Shown in pieces: positions 1-13,357 of a stretch of DNA of 64,000 nt (its first letter is position 1; every line of letters starts with the position of its first letter). Under the pieces are notes generated by a model. That model was given only the letters and a program-made list of their open reading frames with translations, was not told the origin of the DNA and ran no database searches. Source of the DNA: Orbicella franksi (taxonomy: Eukaryota); contig OZ116707.1 in the NCBI GenBank assembly GCA_964199315.1, forward strand, positions 1,364,001 through 1,428,000. The letters run 5' to 3'. The position numbers were made by a program, and so were the translations under genes.

Positions 1-3000
1 AAGAGCACTCCACTTACGAGAATGTCCGTCAAGAGAACTTCCACTGTATCCATTTTCATCTCAATGAACATGAAGCAAAATATTTTCGACCACGCTAGTG
101 TTTTTGTTTTGTTTTCACCTGTCCTTGCTAATCATGTATTTTTTGATGGGGTTTCACCTATCGTCCACACTATAACGACCAAAAATGCTGACAATGTTTT
201 TTCCAAAATCAGCAAACAACTGGAACATGAAGCAAATGGTAAGGAAATCTATAACTTCTAAACTAATTTTCTAGAAAATTACTGTTCCAGTTTACTTTCA
301 ACCTAAATTTTGAGAATGCTTGGCTAAATGAAATTAGAAATGGTAGGAAAATTCCTTTCAATATCACTTTCGGCCATGTGACCATACAGTTGATTGTCAC
401 ACCTCAATGGAGAGCACCAGTTATGTGAAAAACTAGCAATTTGCGATCTTATGTTGTCAATGTTAAGGGTGATAATAAATCTTGTCTTTAAAGGCAGAAG
501 AATAATCCGGATGGATGCCTTGGATTAGAAAAGAGTGAAGAGCAAAACAATTGACGACAACAAATTGGAGGTATAGTAGACCACAAAACCTCCTCCAATA
601 TGCGCAAGGTATGCTGGTCGATAGAGTCTTAAACTGCTTTAAATCCTTTAGGAGCTGTAAAACCTACAGCAACTGTATGGCTCTACGACTAGCATAGAGA
701 GTACAGAATTGATAAATTTGCTCATAATTTGTGAACTAATAAACTCTATGTAGGGTGTAGATCATTAACTCATAAAGTTTTTGTAGAGTGTAGAGTGTAG
801 AGAGAAAACAGTATAGTACAGTTCAGGTAAAACAATCAGCACTAAATTGAAACCAATGTGAGGAGTAGAGACCATAAAATAGTGTCCTCCATAATGAAAA
901 ATGATAACACTAAACATTCCCAGGGCACTTCCATGACCTCTTGCAGTTCTTGAGTTTAATTTAATGATCCAACCTTAAAGAACCCTAAAAACCCAAAAAG
1001 AAGGCCATGCACCTCCTAGAATTATAAAAGAAAAACACAGAATGCTACTAAACTTGGAGAAATCTAGAATAAGAGAAAACACACAGAGAGACCACCCCAT
1101 CATTCTGTACAACGGTAAAGACATATGTTATGAGGAGCCTGCTCATTTAAACTTCAAGGCTTCAGCCAGGTTACCAAGCTCACTGGGTATTATCAATCAG
1201 AAGATAAATGTGTTTGAGGACTTGTATTGACTGTAGGTAGATCTTTGGCTGGGTGGCTTAAGATTTTTCAACAAAGAATTCAGTGCACTCTATTATTGCT
1301 CCTAGATTATTTTATAACCTCTTTTTGAAGCAATTTGGTTTAGACACCCCAATCATTTCCTCTTTAGTTGAGAAGGGTAAAAGTAAACTCGATTCCTTTT
1401 CTAGAAATAAAATCCATGTTATCAATATTTTTCTTCCAGTTCCTGTGGAAATGCCAAATACATCACATAACATTTCCCAAACTTGGATATCTTCTTAGTC
1501 TCACTAAAGTAAAGATAAATTGCTCTTTGGTTGTCAACTTGGCCAGCTCTTGCCTTTTCTGAAAAATAAAAAAACTAGGTTGAATCTCATTATCTTGTTA
1601 TATGATTAGGGGTCTAGTTCTGTTACAATACCAATCAGCGAGCGCAAAAATTACTATTCACTTGCGTCATACTTAAAAACTTAAAATATTTACCAAACTA
1701 TGTGCTGCAGAGACATCCTGCTTGTTTTTTTGTTATTGAAGGGAGCACATACCTTGGCATTTCACAATTTGAATTTATACATTTAGATTGTGCATCCCCG
1801 TTAGGTGTCCCATGCGCTCCTTGCTTGGGACACTTATGAAAGGGGGAAATCGATCGGTTAACTTCTAGTATGGACTTCGAACTCAGTCAGTAGAGTTATT
1901 AATTAATTTCACATTTTTAATACCCCAAGGGGGGATGACGGTATAGTTTTCAGGCGGGGTGTGCTTTTTTACATTTTTTTTCCAAAAGGAGGGGTGCTCG
2001 CTAAAAGGGCTAGTGGCTGCTCCTTCGGAATGTGATAATTGATATGAGTTAGAGGAATGAAGACACTCGAACTACAGCTACAAAAATTTTCATTTATTAT
2101 TATAACATTTTATTTTACATGCATTATTTAATGAGTTCTTGATTTACTAAATTTTCATTATCTTCATTACGTTTATATTGTGTTCAATTTTCTAATTAAT
2201 TTTTATCACAATATCCTCTTTGTGTTCTGTAAAAGAAACAGAAATAGAAGAGTATGGATCAGGTTTCTGTAATTCTATTTTTCCTTGTAATCCTATGATA
2301 TGATATAAAATAGAAAGTCCATTATCCAATATCAAGAAGCATCGCAAACAGTTACTAATTACGTTTCAAACTTGCATTCCGTCACTTACCACGGCTAGGT
2401 GATTGACAGTAGTAGCCAGGTTGGGAGAGGGGTGTTGGCTGTAAAGAGGCCAAACACCAGCCTAAAGGTTCCCCTCCCCCATTGCCTGGCTAGAAAAAGG
2501 TTCAGTCCACGTGGTGTAATTTGGATGATAATGGGCGTTGCTTGGGACTGAATATACTGAGAGGTACCAAAACCACTTGTTTAACCCCTAAAAGGTAGGA
2601 TGAGCACCCCTCATCCTTATTAAAATGGGAGTCCCCTCAGACATACCTGTGGATGATTTCGTAAAACAAAATTAACATAAATCAGCCTTCATATGCTAGA
2701 TATGTCCATAAATCAAGGTACCAAACCATATGTATTCTGTAGAACCACAGAGTGATGTGGTAATACTAGTTTGTGTTGATCACAAGGTCAAAAAAGTTTA
2801 AATTTAATAATTACACTTCTGAAGCCATCGAGTGTTCATGCAATACAAAACATTTCCCCAGAGTATGATGTTTACTATTAGGCAGAAGAGAGCTGTCATT
2901 AAGTTTCATTTTGGTGCTTCACTTTCTCACCAACACTTGATTTTTATGTTATTTTAAGTAGAAGAGATTACATACGACCATTCCTGGTATTAATTATGAA

Positions 3001-3241
3001 AAGTAACAAGTCATGACCCCAAATGACAATTAATGAAAACTTGGTATTAAGAACAAATGAGTAGCCATTCCAATCCATGTTTGACTGAAGCATATTTTTT
3101 GCACAAAGTTAAAACACTTTAAAGCAAGTGTCAATGTTTGAAGCAGCACAGACTTATTTAGCAATTGCCAACCACATGGGTACACTTTATCAATGTCACA
3201 AAATTAATGTGTCTAGTACTTTTCAAGTAGTGAACTTGCAA

Positions 3242-4265
3242 CTAGATCACTGAAGCCTTGTCATACCAAATTAGTTTTACTGGGGTTCTATTAAGGCTTG
3301 TTGCTACAGTAAATGTTTCATCACTCTCAGTTAAAAAACTGTACTCATTAAGACTGTGTGCCATGTCCATTAGTGATGAATCATCTTTGAGGTCTTCCCA
3401 GTCCATGTCAATATCAACATCTTCCATTAAATCTATGTCAAGTGCTGCAACTAGTTCAACATCTCCGAAACACTGACTGATAATGTTAAGAATAGCAATT
3501 GCATGTTCTTTCTGCCACACTTCAACATAACGGAAAACATCCTGTACATCAAAAATTTTGTGGCAATTTTCCAATACTTGTGCAATGAAGAAGTCTCCTA
3601 GCTGAAGAGGCACATTTGGACAGCTAACTATATGTAACTTTTCAAGTTTGTTCACTGATTTTCTCTTTTCTGAAATTTTTGAGTGCATTTTTTAGATAGT
3701 CTTTGTTTTGTGAACTGACAGGTCTTGTTTTGACATTGAAAGGCCCAGGAAGTTCTACCTCTGCTGACATTTCTACAATGAATGCATCCTGACAGTCTTC
3801 TGAACCACAGGAGCAGTGTAAAGCACAGTTGTCACAACAATTGTGCTTAGGGATGACATCTTTTGGCCTCTCACCAAATGGTGCAAACAGGGTATTTCTT
3901 CTACACTGATTTGTTTTGCAATAATCTTTTATATCTTGGTCACAGTGGTTTGACAGTATTCCATTGTAGAGCAGAATACAAACAGCAGGCATACCATCTT
4001 TTCCTCCTCTCCCACTTTCTTGCACATAGCATTCTAGGTTTTTTGCAGGGTCCATGTGGTCAATCTTACATACTTTCTTACAGCTGACACCCATTCCAAA
4101 AGCATCTGTTGTAATTAGACAACAGATGTGGCCATCATCATATGACAGGTTTTCTACAATGTGGTTTTTTACAGCAGTTGGATTGCCTTCATGATACATT
4201 TCAACCATATGGTTTTTAGGTTGTTTGTTGCCAAGGAACAAGTTTTCACTTAAAAACAATGTCAA
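3242..4265 (-). pseudogene. RecQ-like SF2 helicase C-terminal part, fragmented; probably from an AcademH transposon
   Basis: ITTDAFGMGV...YVQESGRGGKDG...CILLY...CRR and CCDNC match degenerate RecQ motifs V/VI and the Zn-binding RQC region. Split over ORFs 3642-4265 and 3242-3688. The AcademH link is established knowledge plus inference. Confidence 0.7.
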
Positions 4266-5111
4266 TGTTCTAAAAATAGGACCGCAATGCGTACTTGGGT
4301 CTTATGCTTAGTTTTACTCCTTTCGCTTGGAATGCTGTTTTCAAATGTCAGTACCTGGGAGTTGAATTGCTACAAGTGAGATGGTTGACATAACAAGTAG
4401 TTACAATTTTAAGTGGGAAAAGTATGGCAGAATACTGTTTATTTACTTACTTTATCCTCTAATAATAATGATCTATTTAGCTCTTAGTCCTAATAGGACA
4501 TAACACAACAACAATCTCTCAGTTTAGCCCTATTTTGTGGAATGTCCCATGTGAGTGAGTGAACTCAGCACTGTTTACACATGTCAAGTGAAGTTGTACA
4601 TGTAGTGTCAAAAGGTTTTGCTGCTGTAATGACTAAGCCTGTTTAAATACATAATAACATTAAAAACTGAGTACCGCAGGGTTGTCATTTGTTTTTTGAG
4701 TAGGGGGTTCCATCCGAAATGTAGGCAGATAAGGTTTACGTGAAAAACATGCCGCAAAGCGGCTGGAAAAATTAAGCGGTCCTTCACCTACCATGTAGCT
4801 AGGCTCTGGAATAACATAAGATCTTCAGACTCTGTCATCGTTTTTAGGAAAATAGTTGTTTACCTACTTTTTTCTGATAAATCTATTAATTTGTAAAAAG
4901 TAAATCCAACCCATTGTATGTCACTAAGTTTTTAATGCATATTTATTACCTTAGGCCCAGTTCAGACGCCAAACTTTTCATGAGCTGAACTTTATTCGAA
5001 TTTAGGCCGACCCAAATTAACAAAAGTACGCCTGTTGATTCAGACGTCGAACTTAATTCAGTTTGAACCAAAACAAATTGAAATGTCAGCGGTTTTCAGG
5101 CCAGTGTAAAC

Positions 5112-6447
5112 ATGGCAGACGACGCTAGAAGACGCGGCAATCGCCCCATATCGAAGGAGTTTCTCTTACGAACAATGATGGAGAGAGCGAAAATTAGGAG
5201 GAAAAGGATGCAGACCCTATTTCATTACATGGTGACAAGAAGACGACAGCTGGTAAATGTCTGTTTAGTCACTGCTCTTGTTATTGTCTCAAGAAAATGT
5301 TTCATCTGAATATAGTCGTTCCTGCCGTCGCTTTGGGAGAAACATGGGATGGTTTAACTGCGTTTGGAATACTTATTCTGAAGAACGTTTCAAGAAAACA
5401 TTTCGAATTTCACGTGGAACTTTTCATTTTATCCTAAATCGGATCAGGCATGTCCTTCAAAGAGTAACAGTGACCGAAGAACTGATATCACCAGAATGTC
5501 GGTTAGCTATTTGTCTTTATCGTCTGGCAAGGGGTGATTATTATTACACAATCGCAGAGATGACTGGACTAGGGGTTTCTACAGTGTCTACAATTGTCAA
5601 CGAGGTGACAAAGGCAATAGTGGAGAACTTGTGGGAAGAGTGTGTGACCAAACATATGCGCAAGTCAGAGGAAGAGTTTAAGAAGAAAATGTTGGACATG
5701 GAGGAACTTTGGCAGTTTCCATGTTGTTGGTCCGCATTAGATGGCTGTCACATCCCCATCAAGTGCCCACCAGGAGGTCTTCAATCATGTAAAGAGTACT
5801 ATAATTTTAAGAACTTTTATTCAATTGTTATGATGGGGATGGTTGATTCGAACTATAGGTTCATGTGGGGAACTTGTGGGTTTCCAGGAAACTCACATGA
5901 TGCTATTATTCTCCAGTCAACTCAACTTTGGGCTGACATAAAAGAACATGAGCTGATTCCTAACATTGGGAAGAAAATTGGCGAAGTGCTTGTGCCACCA
6001 CTAGTGCTTGGAGACTCGGCATTTCCATTTAAAACGTGGCTCATGAAACCCTATAGCAATGCTGTCCTAACCCCAAAACAGAGGTATTACAATTATCGGT
6101 TGAGTAGAGCAAGGATGGTGACCGAAGGTTGTTACGGTCAATTGAAAGGAAGATGGCGAGTCCTTCTAAGGAAATGTGAAAGTAGTAAAGAAGAAGTTAA
6201 AACGGCAACTCTAGCCTGTATGGTTCTTCACAATGTGTGCATTGACAGGGGAGAAACCCTCAGCAAAAAGTTAGACTTAACACTAGATCCAGTTACAAAC
6301 CAGCAACGCGATAGGAATCGGATAAGGGAAATACTTCAAATGCTGCCTTGTGAGAAAGTCAGATATTCATGCCAGCAGGCAGATATCATACAAAATACCC
6401 TTGCTGACAAATTGTTTTTGGAAAAACAAACTGGCATTGTTTGCTAG
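5112..6447 (+). CDS. Harbinger (HARBI1-like, DDE_Tnp_4) transposase; N-terminus 5112-5309 in a different frame from 5278-6447
   Basis: FRISRGTF, LAICLYRLARG, ALDGCHIPI, LGDSAF, YNYRLSRARMVTEGCYGQLKGRW motifs. Confidence 0.9.
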
Positions 6448-7094
6448 ACCACTTTAGATCACTCTTTTAATCCCTGTGATAATCACATGGACATTAATAA
6501 TTATTTGTCCTGGCAAAATCCTTTCTTAAAGCAGGTATGGCTCCTTTGTTGATATTATGCAAGACATTAACTTGGACAATGTTTCAGATGTTTCCAGGGT
6601 GGATTTTGTGATGTTAGAAATGGAAGATGTACATTTCCAAATAACTGTTTATTAGCATAATGTGCCAATGTTGTTTAACATGTTACTATTAAAGTGTTTC
6701 TATGAGAAATGATGTTTGTCTTTGAGAGAAAATGGGCTCGTGTATACATTGCATTCTCCTTAAGAGCTACACTGATTTATAGTACTCACTGTAGAACTCT
6801 TATTGATAACGATGTAATCTCAAGAGACAGTACAGAGTTGTTTCACTTTGTCATAAAGCAGCTTATTAACACAACATATTCATGAACTGTAACATTACTT
6901 CCCCTCCTATAGAGTGTATAAACACAGTGTACAAACAGTGTGGTTAAGTGGTAAGTATTCGGTTGTACACAAAATTTATATATATCAAACAACAACAAAA
7001 AAATAATTTGTTCTTTGCAGTCAATCTGGCAACCAATCAGAGATTAGAAAGTGAAATAATAAGGATACAAATATGAGGATACAATTTCAACTTC

Positions 7095-8810
7095 CTACAT
7101 GTATCCTTGTTTATATAATAGTAAATCACATAGAGTGTAAACAGAACTATCGGCCCTGGTAAGAGTAGATACCTCACCAACAGATTCAGGGCTTGGAGTA
7201 GAATAATTAGAATTAACAGGTGTTGGCAGAGAATTTGCAGGAGAAAGGGGTCCAAACTGGTAATTTGAAGGGCCCTGATACATGGAACCAGCACTTTGAA
7301 TAATTTGGTGAGGAGCTGGTGGATAAGGCAAGTAGAGACCATCACTATTACAGGCACGTGAGGCAAAACCCACATGTCCTGCTGCAGACACAGGGCTCTG
7401 ACCCTGAAGTGGTTGCTGGTTTTGAAATGAAAGCATCATTTGCATCAATCTTAACTCATGCTCCCGTGCTTTCTCTATATCATCTTTCATAAAACGTATA
7501 AGTTCCTTGGTTGGATCTTTTTCTGCTATTGTTTTCATCAATTTCATAGCTTCACAAATTGGGTCATCCCGATTGCTTTTTCATTTTGGTTGCTTTACAG
7601 GAACAAACATATTCTGACTTTGGTCAACTGATGACATTTCACTTTCAGAGCTGTCCAAAGTTGGTGTGCTAGTGACGTTTCAGCAAAACTGAGTTGCTGA
7701 TGGTTCCCTTGCTTGCTCTGGCTGGCAAGAGTCTCTTGTTTTGACTATGTCATAAAGCTTCTGAAACCATGCCCCAAAATTTTTGTCTTCTTGGAATCTT
7801 TTTATGCCAGTTCCAGTCTTAATAGTAAGAGCAGCTTTCTTACATTCAGACACACACTTCTTGAACTTTGATCTCAGTTGCTCAATGGTAAAGCAGAAAC
7901 TCTCATCCCTTGCGACACATCTCTGCTTCAGTTCTTCACGGATTTTCCCATAGATTTCCCCATTCTGTTGAAATTTAGTATTCCTAAATATCAGCTTTGT
8001 CTTGTAGTGATCACTGCTCACAATTATATCAATGAAATCATTCAGCAGCTCTTGTGACCACCTGGGCTTTCTTCCTGCTTTTTTTCGCTTGTTCTTTGAC
8101 TTACTACCATCCTTCTTGTTCTCCTCTTGGTCGTCCTTCTGTTTATCTATATCCAATGGTTCCTCCTCTGAATTTGAGAGACTAAGTTTCTTGTAAGCTA
8201 CTGGAATATGCCAAAACAATTAAAAATTATAATTTGCACATTGTAGTTGCAATATTCTAACTATTTGGCAACAAAAAAACTAAAGCTATTATGAGGAATG
8301 CATATTTCTCTGTCGTTGCATTTTGCTTTTAGAACGGGGAATAGAATATTCACTTTGTTTCCTACAATAGCACGACTTGACAATGGGGCGAGGAAACCTG
8401 TTTCCTTGCAAACTGCCACACACTGCCACATGGATATCTATAGAATGCCTTCAATAAAACATTACTTGGAATAAAACTGTTACCCAAGGTAGTTGTAAAA
8501 GTTAATTCCACACGTACTTTTCTGGGTTGTTGGTCTTGTCTCGCCCATTATTTGCCATTCTTCGTTTTCCGCCATCACAATTCTCTTCCAGCAACTTCTT
8601 AGCCTTGAAGCACGGTTCACAATGCCCAACAGATCTTCCTGCCGTCCAGCCAACAGTATCTTCATTGTTTTCGAAAATAGAACACTTGTTACAGATCGAC
8701 ATGCGACATTCAATACAAACATACTTCATGTTAGCGAAGCAGGAACTACACATGTCTTCGCTGTTATCCGCGAGTGTAGCTCTCCAAGTCGCCATGATGG
8801 TAATAAACAC
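7095..8810 (-). CDS. Harbinger accessory Myb/SANT (trihelix) DNA-binding protein, spliced and/or frameshifted
   Basis: RWSQELLNDFIDII...YGKIREEL...FTIEQLRSKFKKCVSECKK in 7680-8219; Cys-rich segment 8502-8810; C-terminal segment 7095-7547; lies within the Harbinger TIRs. Confidence 0.75.
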
Positions 8811-9102
8811 GCTTTATGACGCATGCTCTCTTTGAGAAACTGCTTTTACAATATGTTATCATAATTTATGCATTAGGTTCGGCACATGAAAAGTTCGGCG
8901 TCTGAATCAAAGCCGTTCCAAAGGCGAAATTCCCGGCTGAGCCAGGTGGGAAGAACAGCTGAGCCGGTCCCAATTCAAATAGCCGTTCTTAACTGATTCA
9001 GACGCCGAACTTTTCATGTACTTAATTCGACGTATTAGGTTCGGCTCATGAAAAGTTCGGCATCTGAACTGGACCTTAGTTATTTGGTTATTTTTTTAGT
9101 TA

Positions 9103-9266
9103 CAGTCGACTCCCAATAACTCAAACCTTCAGGGGAAATAGTAAAAGGTTCGAGTTATTGGGAGTTCGAGTTATCAAGGGTTAAATTATATAGAAAATGG
9201 TCTGAAGGGAAATGAGTCAGCAGGGGGTTTGAGTTAGTGAGGGTTCAAGTTATCAGGAGGCAACTG
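9103..9266. mobile_element. Tc1/pogo-type MITE
   Basis: TA|CAGTCGACTCC ... GGAGGCAACTG|TA: short imperfect TIRs, TA TSD. Confidence 0.65.
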
Positions 9267-9527
9267 TATTTTAGTATGATAGTTATCATCAAGAGCCTAA
9301 AAAAGAAATTACCATTTTACTACAGCAGGAGCTTCCTGAGACTACAGTCTGAAGCCTTGTCTAGCCGATAAATTTGGGAATTGTACACCAAATTCATAAT
9401 GGCAGACGACTCGGGAAAGCCTCGGCCCGAGAACATGAAAGCGAGGTGGATGAGGATAAACAAAATTTAGCTTACAGGAGCGTGTGTTGTGTAATTTAAA
9501 TTGTTGTTCTTAGTGCTTGTTTTTGCT

Positions 9528-11112
9528 ATGAATAGCAATAAATCGCCACAGAATCGGTATTGCTGTGTTCCACTTTGTCGTCAAAAGGGGACCACTGACC
9601 CGAATGGCGAGAAAGTTGGATTTTTCAGCATTCCAACCGAAAAATGCTTCAGGGAACAATTGCTACACGCGATATGATGAGATACAGGTAAGCACTTCTC
9701 TATAACAGATTCTACAAAAGTCTATTCCCTTCACTTCAAGGAAGAACACCTTAAGAAGAGCCTAGGTATTGGACGGTTAACATACGTTGACGGAGCAGTT
9801 CCATCTGTTTTTGCGTGGAAGAAGAGCTTGCCTTGGAAGAGACCACCACGACCTAGAGCACCCAGAGAGGATGTGAAAGCTTGAGCGTTGCTTGACATGA
9901 GCACAGTTTCCATTTCAAGTCCAGAAGCCCAAGCAAGTATGGATCAAAGTGACTCAAACATCGATCTTTGTTTAGAAACTGATTCAGCATCGACTACCAG
10001 TGAAAATGCATCGTGCGTTTCTGAAAACTGCTCGTCCTATGAAGATCTTTGAAAACAGCTGATTGAAATGGAGCGTGCACTCGAAGACAGTAAATCGAAA
10101 AATGAGAAACTAGAAGCCGAGGTGGAGAAAGTAAGGGCCAATGCTTTTAACCTTTCAGAGAAGTGTTCAAAATTGGAGAACAGAGTTTTTTCATTAGATA
10201 AGTTTATTTCCGATGAAGATATTGCCTTTTACACAGGCTTTCCATCGTATGCTGCTTTTATGGCAACATACACATAATTAAATCCAGGGGAAAGCGGAGA
10301 AAACATTCCGTATTGGTGTTCTGTTCAAAATGATGTCGACCCTGAATATTATGAAAGAGAACCTGAACTTGGTGTTGGACCAGGGAGGCCTAGAACATTG
10401 AACTCTAAAGAGGAATTCTTCCTTGTAATGTGCAGATTAAGGCAGGGATTTGCAGAGCGCCATCTGGGGCATTTGTACAATGTATCTCAATCTACTGTCA
10501 GCAGGATTGTTATTTCATGGGTCAACTTCATGAATTTGAGGTTTGGACAGTTGAACATATGGCCATCCCGAGAAGTGGGAGATGATACCATGCCTCAAGA
10601 CTTTCAGAGTAAATACCCAAATACAAGGGCTATTATAGATTGCACTGAAATCGAGTGTGAACAGTGAGTTGTTTAGTTCATACAAAAATCACACAACCCT
10701 GAAATGCTTGATTGCAATTTCCCCTGCTGGACATATCTCTTTTATTAGTCAAATTTATACAGGTAGTATATTTGACAGAGAAATTACAGAGAGAAGTGGA
10801 TTCCTCAACCTTCCTTTTGATGCTAGCGATTCTGTCATGGCTGACACAGGTTTTACCATCCAAGATCTTCCAGTGGGCGTGTCTTTAAACATCCAACCCT
10901 TTTTAGGGAGTTATGTTCAGATGCCTGCTGAGGATGTTGTAAAAACACAAGAAATTGCCTCTCTCAGAATTCATGTGGAGAGGGCAATTAACAAAGTTAA
11001 GAACTTCCATATTTGGGACAGTATAGTTCCACTAAGCCTATTTGACATTGTAAATCAGATGTGGACTGTATGTGCACATTTATGTAATGTTCAAGATCCC
11101 ATTGTATCATAG
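9528..11112 (+). pseudogene. ISL2EU-like transposase (THAP + HTH + DDE_Tnp_4), disrupted
   Basis: THAP-like YCCVPLC...FFSIP...VYSLHFKEEHL...AVPSVF from ATG 9528 (internal stops); EEFFLVMCRLRQG, RAIIDCTEI, VMADTGFTI, LRIHVERAINKVKNF; several stops and frameshifts. Confidence 0.8.
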
Positions 11113-11353
11113 TAATCATCTAATGGGATCCTGAACATTACATACATCCTGTAGTTAGTAGTAGTAGTAGGCCTCTGTTGGTCAGGGTTAAGGGTTAAGG
11201 ATATGCTAATTATAGTGCCCTACCCTTCATAACAAGATGTCTACATTTTTTCATGTACACAAAAGGTATGGGTGAGACTATAGCCAGCAGAAATATAAAC
11301 TATACTTATTTATCTCCTTTGGTAAATTGAGATGAAAACCAGTTATTCACAGA

Positions 11354-12900
11354 TTATGCCCTTGTTGGGCTGGAATCATCTTGCTGTTTGAATTCTGCAA
11401 GAGCAAAAGTATTAAAATGCTGAAAATAATATCCACTGATACTTTGACTAATGTTATCCCAGAATTGCTGATCAAATATTATTCTTTGGATCGACATCCC
11501 CTTGAATGTATATACAACAAAGTCACACCAAGAAGCACCAGTTATTGCCAATTGGCCCTGTACTTGAGCATAGTACTCATGGTTAGTTTTTAATCAACAC
11601 TGGTCTCCTACACATTCACAGAAGAATTTGGGATCAGCACAAGCATCCAGTGGTGTCACAGAAGATTTTGTTGAGGGGCATTTTACTTTTAAAATTCCAA
11701 AAGGCTGGCTACCGCCAAAGTCAATCACTTTTCCATCAGGTGTGGCAGCTAAGACAGGCAATTCTTTTGAAATAACCAGCCCACACTTGAGGAGTGCTAC
11801 TGGTGTTTTCCTTGCAGTCATAAATTTTTGGTACTCGTGAGTGGCAGTTGCCTCATAGTTTCTTCCATGTGCAGTATGTCTGCTTGTAAACTCTTCAGGG
11901 TTGATCAATTGTTTAGCAAACGTGTCATGGTTTCTTTGCCTTCTCGAAATCAAATGAAATCTTGAGGCTGTAAACCTAAACCTCTTCTCTTCCCTCCATC
12001 TCTCACTGCCTACCTGCTCTCTTGTTTCCATTTCAGTTTTGTTCAGCTTATCTTCATCAACCTCAAGAGAAGATAAAAATGTTCTCTGCTCACTAGTAAC
12101 AGTGTCTGGATAAACTCTAGGTTGTGTCTTTAAGGGGAAATTGTGGATAATTATTTATACCAGTATTTATGTCAGGAGACCTTGGAACAGTGCTTATATT
12201 GGCATACACAGGAAAATTAGCCTCAGTATAAGACAACTGGTAGCTATTTGTAGATCCAACAGGGCTACTGCCATATTTGGTTTGCATCATCTCATTTGAT
12301 GCATTTGGGGAAAGGGTTGCAATTCCAATTTTAGGATTAATTCCTGCAATAGCTTTTTTAAACCTTTCTTCTTCTGAAACATCAGGCTTTGTTATTTTGC
12401 GGGCCTCATACAGTTGACACATAACAGCTTTATCAGACTTCTTGTCATCAGGCTTAATTTTTGTCACAACTAAATTCATCACTGGTTGGGGATGGATTGA
12501 ATCACCTCGGGTCCTTTTATGCCAGCTTTGTAACTTTGATGTACAGGCCAAAGCTGGATTTTCATCCAATTCATCCTTTAGATCTTCTGTTGTTTTGCTC
12601 TCATACAGTGAGTATTTGCAAATTTTCAACAGGAGGGCTAACGTGTAGTTACAATAGCCAACTTCACCAGCAGCACATGTGCAAGAGGCAGCCATTACTT
12701 GTCCAGTTATAATGCAAAGAGTAACTTGTATTTTATGAGGGGTTTCATGTTTCTTGTAGCTATGATAGCACTTACATTGAAAATAGAAATAATTTTCATC
12801 ATCACTGACTTCAATACCCTTTAAATATTCCTCTTGGAGAAAAGTTATCTTATAAAAGATATCTTCATGATGATGGTATTAATTCTTATGCTTATGGTCA
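11354..12900 (-). pseudogene. SWIM zinc finger + YqaJ (lambda exonuclease-like) gene of the ISL2EU-like element, fragmented
   Basis: ASCTCAAGEVGYCNYTLALL (SWIM-like); W...KRFRFTASRF, HGRNYE, CGLVI...LAATPDG, LKVKCP, WCDFVVYT (YqaJ). Convergent pairing with a THAP-DDE transposase is typical of ISL2EU. Confidence 0.8.
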
Positions 12901-13110
12901 CGGATTGATTCAATAAGATCAGCAGTAACTTCGGCTGACGTTTTTGGCTCATCAATCAATTCATTCTTCAATTTGAGAAAATCCTTGGTGATATTCAAAT
13001 TTCTTTGGTGTAGTCTAGTGCTAAGGTGTTTGTACTTACCAGTCATCTTAATTTTAACTGTTTAAACAAACAGTATAATACCATGGTGGATTATAATTTA
13101 TCATTATTGG

Positions 13111-13357
13111 AGTAGTATAGGGGGGCGGTTTGAGACCTAGCCAATCAGAGTGCGTTATTTTGGACACGTGACGCGTCTAGACCAATCAGCGTGCAGGATT
13201 TTTGGCTCAGGTCAGCGGTTGCATTAGTTCGCATTAGGAAAGACTGGGGCGAGCTCGGCCAAAAGTGGCCACGTGGGGTTGGACGCAAGGCCGTGAGGGT
13301 CTGGGGAGCGGAAGTGACGACAGACCACGTGATCAGTTTTCAAATTTTATTTACAAT
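13111..13357 (+). repeat. Left TIR (247 bp)
   Basis: Reverse complement of 35666-35900 apart from 5 substitutions and one 18-vs-6-nt block (13271-13288). Confidence 0.97.

Larger units (their letters stand above)
4954..9075 (+). mobile_element. PIF/Harbinger DNA transposon, full length (4122 bp)
   Basis: TIRs GGCCCAGTTCAGACGCCAAACTTTTCATGAGCTGAAC vs reverse complement of right end GGTCCAGTTCAGATGCCGAACTTTTCATGAGCCGAAC. TTA TSD at 4951-4953 and 9076-9078. Convergent transposase and Myb/SANT genes. Confidence 0.93.

Noticed and set aside
22-1562. Possible Academ transposase remnants in short ORFs
   Set aside because: No convincing catalytic motifs could be read; too degraded to call.
13085-13110. 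Loose similarity between the left and right Polinton flanks beyond the 6-bp TSD
   Set aside because: Short AT-rich resemblance only; not enough to claim a longer duplication or target motif.
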